Below, in pieces: positions 38,219 to 41,276 of a DNA stretch of 41,276 nt (within the stretch, counting starts at the first letter, position 1; each line of letters opens with the position of its first letter). The notes under the pieces were generated by a model. It was not told where the DNA came from. It was given only the letters and a program-made list of their open reading frames with translations, and searched no databases. The translations under genes were made by a program, and so were the position numbers. The stretch is from the NCBI GenBank assembly GCA_047631875.1, contig JBLIAZ010000001.1:1-41276 (forward strand). Direction: 5' to 3'. This DNA is from Saprospiraceae bacterium. GTDB taxonomy: Bacteria > Bacteroidota > Bacteroidia > Flavobacteriales_C > GCA-002722245.

Positions 38219-41194
38219 TTAAATTACAACATTTACTATCTTTTTAGGCACAACAATCATCTTTTTTGGAGCTTTCCCTTCCAACCACTTAATTGCATCT
38301 TCATGGGCTAACACTGCTGCTTCAATTTGATCTTTAGACAAATCCAATGGCAAGTCAATTTTGAACCTCATTTTTCCGTTAAAAGACACAGGATAAGAAT
38401 GTGAGCTCTCTACCAAATAAGAAGCTTCAAATTTTGGAAATTGAGCTTTAGTAACGCTTCCTTCGCCTCCCAACAAACTCCATAATTCCTCGGTTACAAA
38501 TGGTGCATAAGGCGACAACACAATGGCAAACTCCTTAAGAATTGCCAGCTTATTACATTTCAACTTTCCTAGCTCATTCACACAAACCATGAACGCACTT
38601 ACCGAAGTATTGAAGGAGAAATTTTCCACATCATATTCTACTTTTTTAATTAAAGTATGCAGTACTTTCAACTCTTCCTTTGTAGCAGCATCCGTTGACA
38701 CATCCCAATCTCCATTGCTATCGTGATACAAATTCCATGCTTTCCTTATGAATTTACTCACCCCGTCAATCCCTTTGGTACTCCAAGGTTTTGCTTGCTC
38801 AAGAGGCCCTAAAAACATTTCATACATCCTTAAAACATCAGCTCCATGTTGGGCTACAATGTCATCTGGATTTACCACATTATACCACCGCTTAGACATT
38901 TTTTCTACCTCCTGTCCACATAGGTACTTTCCATCTTCTAATTCAAAGTGTGCTGTTTTGAATATCGGTCTCCATTGTCTAAAAGCTTCTATATCTAGTT
39001 CGTCATTCTTCACAATATTAACATCGACATGCAAAGGAGTTAGTCGAATACTACTCTCATCAAACACAACTCCGTACTGATCCTTATATTCAGAAAAGAA
39101 AGGATATTTTTCGTAAAGCTCTCTCACTATTTCGCTTGCACTAACTTCCCCATGCGCAAATTGATTTCTATACTTTCTTGAATAGAATATAGTCGGTGCT
39201 TTTTCAACAAAATAATATAAAACATCTGATTCAACCTCATCAATTAAACCTTGAGTAACATCCTCACTCGCTTTAATTGGCTCTTCAAGTTTTCCGTTAA
39301 AATCTAACCTATATGCTAATGCTGATGTACCCAATATCATTCCTTGGTTAATCAACTTTTTGAATGGTTCTTCAAAACCAACATGACCTAAGTCAAACAA
39401 CACTTTACACCAAAATCTTGAATAGAGTAAGTGACCTGTAGCGTGCTCTGTCCCTCCTATGTACAGATCAACTTGATTCCAATAATCAGTTGCTTCACGC
39501 GAGGCAAACGTATCATCGTTTTGAGGGTCCATGTAACGCAAATAATACCATGAACTTCCCGCCCAACCTGGCATCGTACTTAATTCGTAATTGTCTCCTT
39601 TTTCTGGCTTCCAGTTTTTTGCTCGCCCTAATGGTGGATCACCTGCTTCAGTTGGTAAATACTCATCCACTTCTGGAAGTTCAAGAGGATATTTACTTTC
39701 ATCCAATAACTTAGGTATTCCATTTTCAAAATACATCGGAATTGGTTCTCCCCAATAACGTTGACGACCAAAAACAGCATCACGTAATCGATAGTTCGTT
39801 TGACCCTTTCCAAGTCCTTCAGTCTCTATTTTCCATATCGCAGTTTTCACTGCTTGCTTTACCTTAAGTCCATCTAAAAAATCGGAATTAATGACCTTTC
39901 CGGTTTTTGCTTCGTATGCTTCCTCTTCGAGGTTTCCTCCTTCAATAACTGGTAATATTGGTAATTTAAACTTTTTAGCAAAAGCATAATCTCTTGAATC
40001 GTGAGCTGCAACAGCCATGACTGCACCAGTCCCATATCCTGCCAACACGTAGTCACCCAACCAAATAGGTATTTGTTTTCCTGAAAATGGATGTACCACG
40101 TACGAACCCGTAAAGACACCTGTCACGTTCTTTACATCAGCCAGCCTCTCTCTTTCCGTTTTGTTTTTTGAGGCCAAAACATATGCTTCAACATCTTGCT
40201 TTTGCTCCTCTGTTGTTAACCCTTCCACGTAATCATGCTCCGGTGCAATCACCATGAACGACACGCCAAAAACGGTGTCTGGCCTTGTGGTAAAAACTTC
40301 TAGGTTGTCCTGAGAATTTTCAATTTTGAACTTCAAACTGCAACCTGTGGACTTCCCAATCCAATTCTTTTGCATTTCTTTTAAGGAATCCGTCCAATCA
40401 ACTTGATCCAATCCTTGCAACAACCTTTCGGCATACGCGGAAATTCGTAAACTCCACTGACGCATCATTTTGCGCTCCACTGGATGCCCACCTCTTTCAC
40501 TTAAGCCATTAATCACCTCATCGTTGGCTAATACTGTTCCCAAACCAGGGCACCAGTTCACCATGGAATCGTTCAAATAAGCCAAACGGTAATTCAACAA
40601 TGTAGTCGACTGTTCTTTTTCCGATTTCCCTTTCCACTGCTCAGCTGTGAATATCTCTGTTTCGTCAGAGGCAGCTTGGACATTGCCGTTACCTTCCTTT
40701 TCAAAAGTGCTGATTAACTCATCAATTGGTGTGGCCTTTTGAGTATCGTTGTTGTACCAAGATTTAAATAACTGTGCGAAAATCCATTGTGTCCATTTAT
40801 AATAATTTGGCTCGCAAGTTCTAATTTCCCTGTCCCAATCAAAGGAGAATCCAAGTTTGTCTAGTTGGTCACGGTACCTTTCCAAGTTGGCATCAGTAGT
40901 TACTTTTGGATGCTGACCAGTTTGAATAGCATATTGTTCAGCAGGTAATCCAAAAGCATCATATCCCATAGGGTGTAATACATTGAATCCATTCAGCCTT
41001 TTATACCTAGCATAAATATCAGACGCAATATAACCTAGAGGGTGGCCAACGTGTAACCCTGCTCCAGAGGGATAAGGAAACATGTCTAACACGTAACACT
41101 TTTCTCCTTTAAAATCATTGGTTGTCTTGTAGGTTTTATCAGCTGCCCACTGTTTTCTCCACTTTTCTTCTACCGCTATAAAATTGTAATCCAT
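38219..41194 (-). CDS. leuS: Leucine--tRNA ligase (long form)
   Basis: 991 aa. It has a HIGH-type motif (LHVGHPLGY), a CP1 editing domain ([18 protein letters not shown]) and KMSKR in place of KMSKS. About 140 aa separate NQGMILG from KMSKR. Confidence 0.95.
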   Translation of the reverse strand: MDYNFIAVEEKWRKQWAADKTYKTTNDFKGEKCYVLDMFPYPSGAGLHVGHPLGYIASDIYARYKRLNGFNVLHPMGYDAFGLPAEQYAIQTGQHPKVTTDANLERYRDQLDKLGFSFDWDREIRTCEPNYYKWTQWIFAQLFKSWYNNDTQKATPIDELISTFEKEGNGNVQAASDETEIFTAEQWKGKSEKEQSTTLLNYRLAYLNDSMVNWCPGLGTVLANDEVINGLSERGGHPVERKMMRQWSLRISAYAERLLQGLDQVDWTDSLKEMQKNWIGKSTGCSLKFKIENSQDNLEVFTTRPDTVFGVSFMVIAPEHDYVEGLTTEEQKQDVEAYVLASKNKTERERLADVKNVTGVFTGSYVVHPFSGKQIPIWLGDYVLAGYGTGAVMAVAAHDSRDYAFAKKFKLPILPVIEGGNLEEEAYEAKTGKVINSDFLDGLKVKQAVKTAIWKIETEGLGKGQTNYRLRDAVFGRQRYWGEPIPMYFENGIPKLLDESKYPLELPEVDEYLPTEAGDPPLGRAKNWKPEKGDNYELSTMPGWAGSSWYYLRYMDPQNDDTFASREATDYWNQVDLYIGGTEHATGHLLYSRFWCKVLFDLGHVGFEEPFKKLINQGMILGTSALAYRLDFNGKLEEPIKASEDVTQGLIDEVESDVLYYFVEKAPTIFYSRKYRNQFAHGEVSASEIVRELYEKYPFFSEYKDQYGVVFDESSIRLTPLHVDVNIVKNDELDIEAFRQWRPIFKTAHFELEDGKYLCGQEVEKMSKRWYNVVNPDDIVAQHGADVLRMYEMFLGPLEQAKPWSTKGIDGVSKFIRKAWNLYHDSNGDWDVSTDAATKEELKVLHTLIKKVEYDVENFSFNTSVSAFMVCVNELGKLKCNKLAILKEFAIVLSPYAPFVTEELWSLLGGEGSVTKAQFPKFEASYLVESSHSYPVSFNGKMRFKIDLPLDLSKDQIEAAVLAHEDAIKWLEGKAPKKMIVVPKKIVNVVI

Positions 41195-41219
41195 TGTGCT
41201 GGTTTGAAATATATGGTCA

Positions 41220-41250
41220 CAAAAATAGTCAGTATTTAATCAAATACTGA
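41220..41250 (-). promoter_or_regulatory. Perfect 9-bp hairpin followed (on the minus strand) by a TATTTTTG -7-like box, 25 nt upstream of the leuS ATG
   Basis: tcagtattt-aatc-aaatactga at 41229..41250. The reverse complement of 41220..41227 is TATTTTTG (TAnnTTTG). The hairpin could be the terminator of the upstream minus-strand gene or an operator. Confidence 0.3.
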
Positions 41251-41276
41251 GAAAAAGAATTGTTTTATATTTGACA

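Noticed and set aside
38523-40119. Multiple 60-110-aa ORFs on both strands inside leuS
   Set aside because: They lie inside a continuous 991-aa LeuS frame with all the signature motifs.

Overview
AT-rich chromosomal segment, most likely from a Bacteroidota (Flavobacteriia/Cytophagia-like) genome. This is inferred from TAnnTTTG-type -7 boxes, a Y_Y_Y/LuxR one-component regulator, a long LeuS and the thiamine operon layout. Most of it is housekeeping: oligopeptidase B, a TPP-riboswitch-controlled thiS-thiC-thiE'-thiD-thiE-thiG-thiH operon, class Ia ribonucleotide reductase nrdBA, yicC-gmk, yebC, lipB, a Dus-family enzyme and leuS. I saw no tRNA/rRNA genes, CRISPR arrays, transposases or integrases. 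The most interesting locus is 22167..24560. It holds a DltB-sized MBOAT acyltransferase, translationally overlapped by a membrane-anchored DltD-like protein. That protein is in turn overlapped by a 39-codon ORF absent from the supplied ORF track. The small ORF encodes a single-pass microprotein ending in YIYADF, which resembles the DltX acyl-shuttle hexapeptide. No DltA or DltC equivalent is present, so this looks like an uncharacterised Dlt-type envelope acylation relay in a Gram-negative background. Secondary curiosities: tandem paralogous small membrane proteins with a 160-bp-spaced direct repeat upstream; an orphan 618-aa B12-domain radical SAM enzyme; a ~710-bp ORF-free leader upstream of nrdBA; a highly basic D-S-Y repeat lipoprotein; and a tightly packed leuS/beta-barrel/lipoprotein-hydrolase unit.
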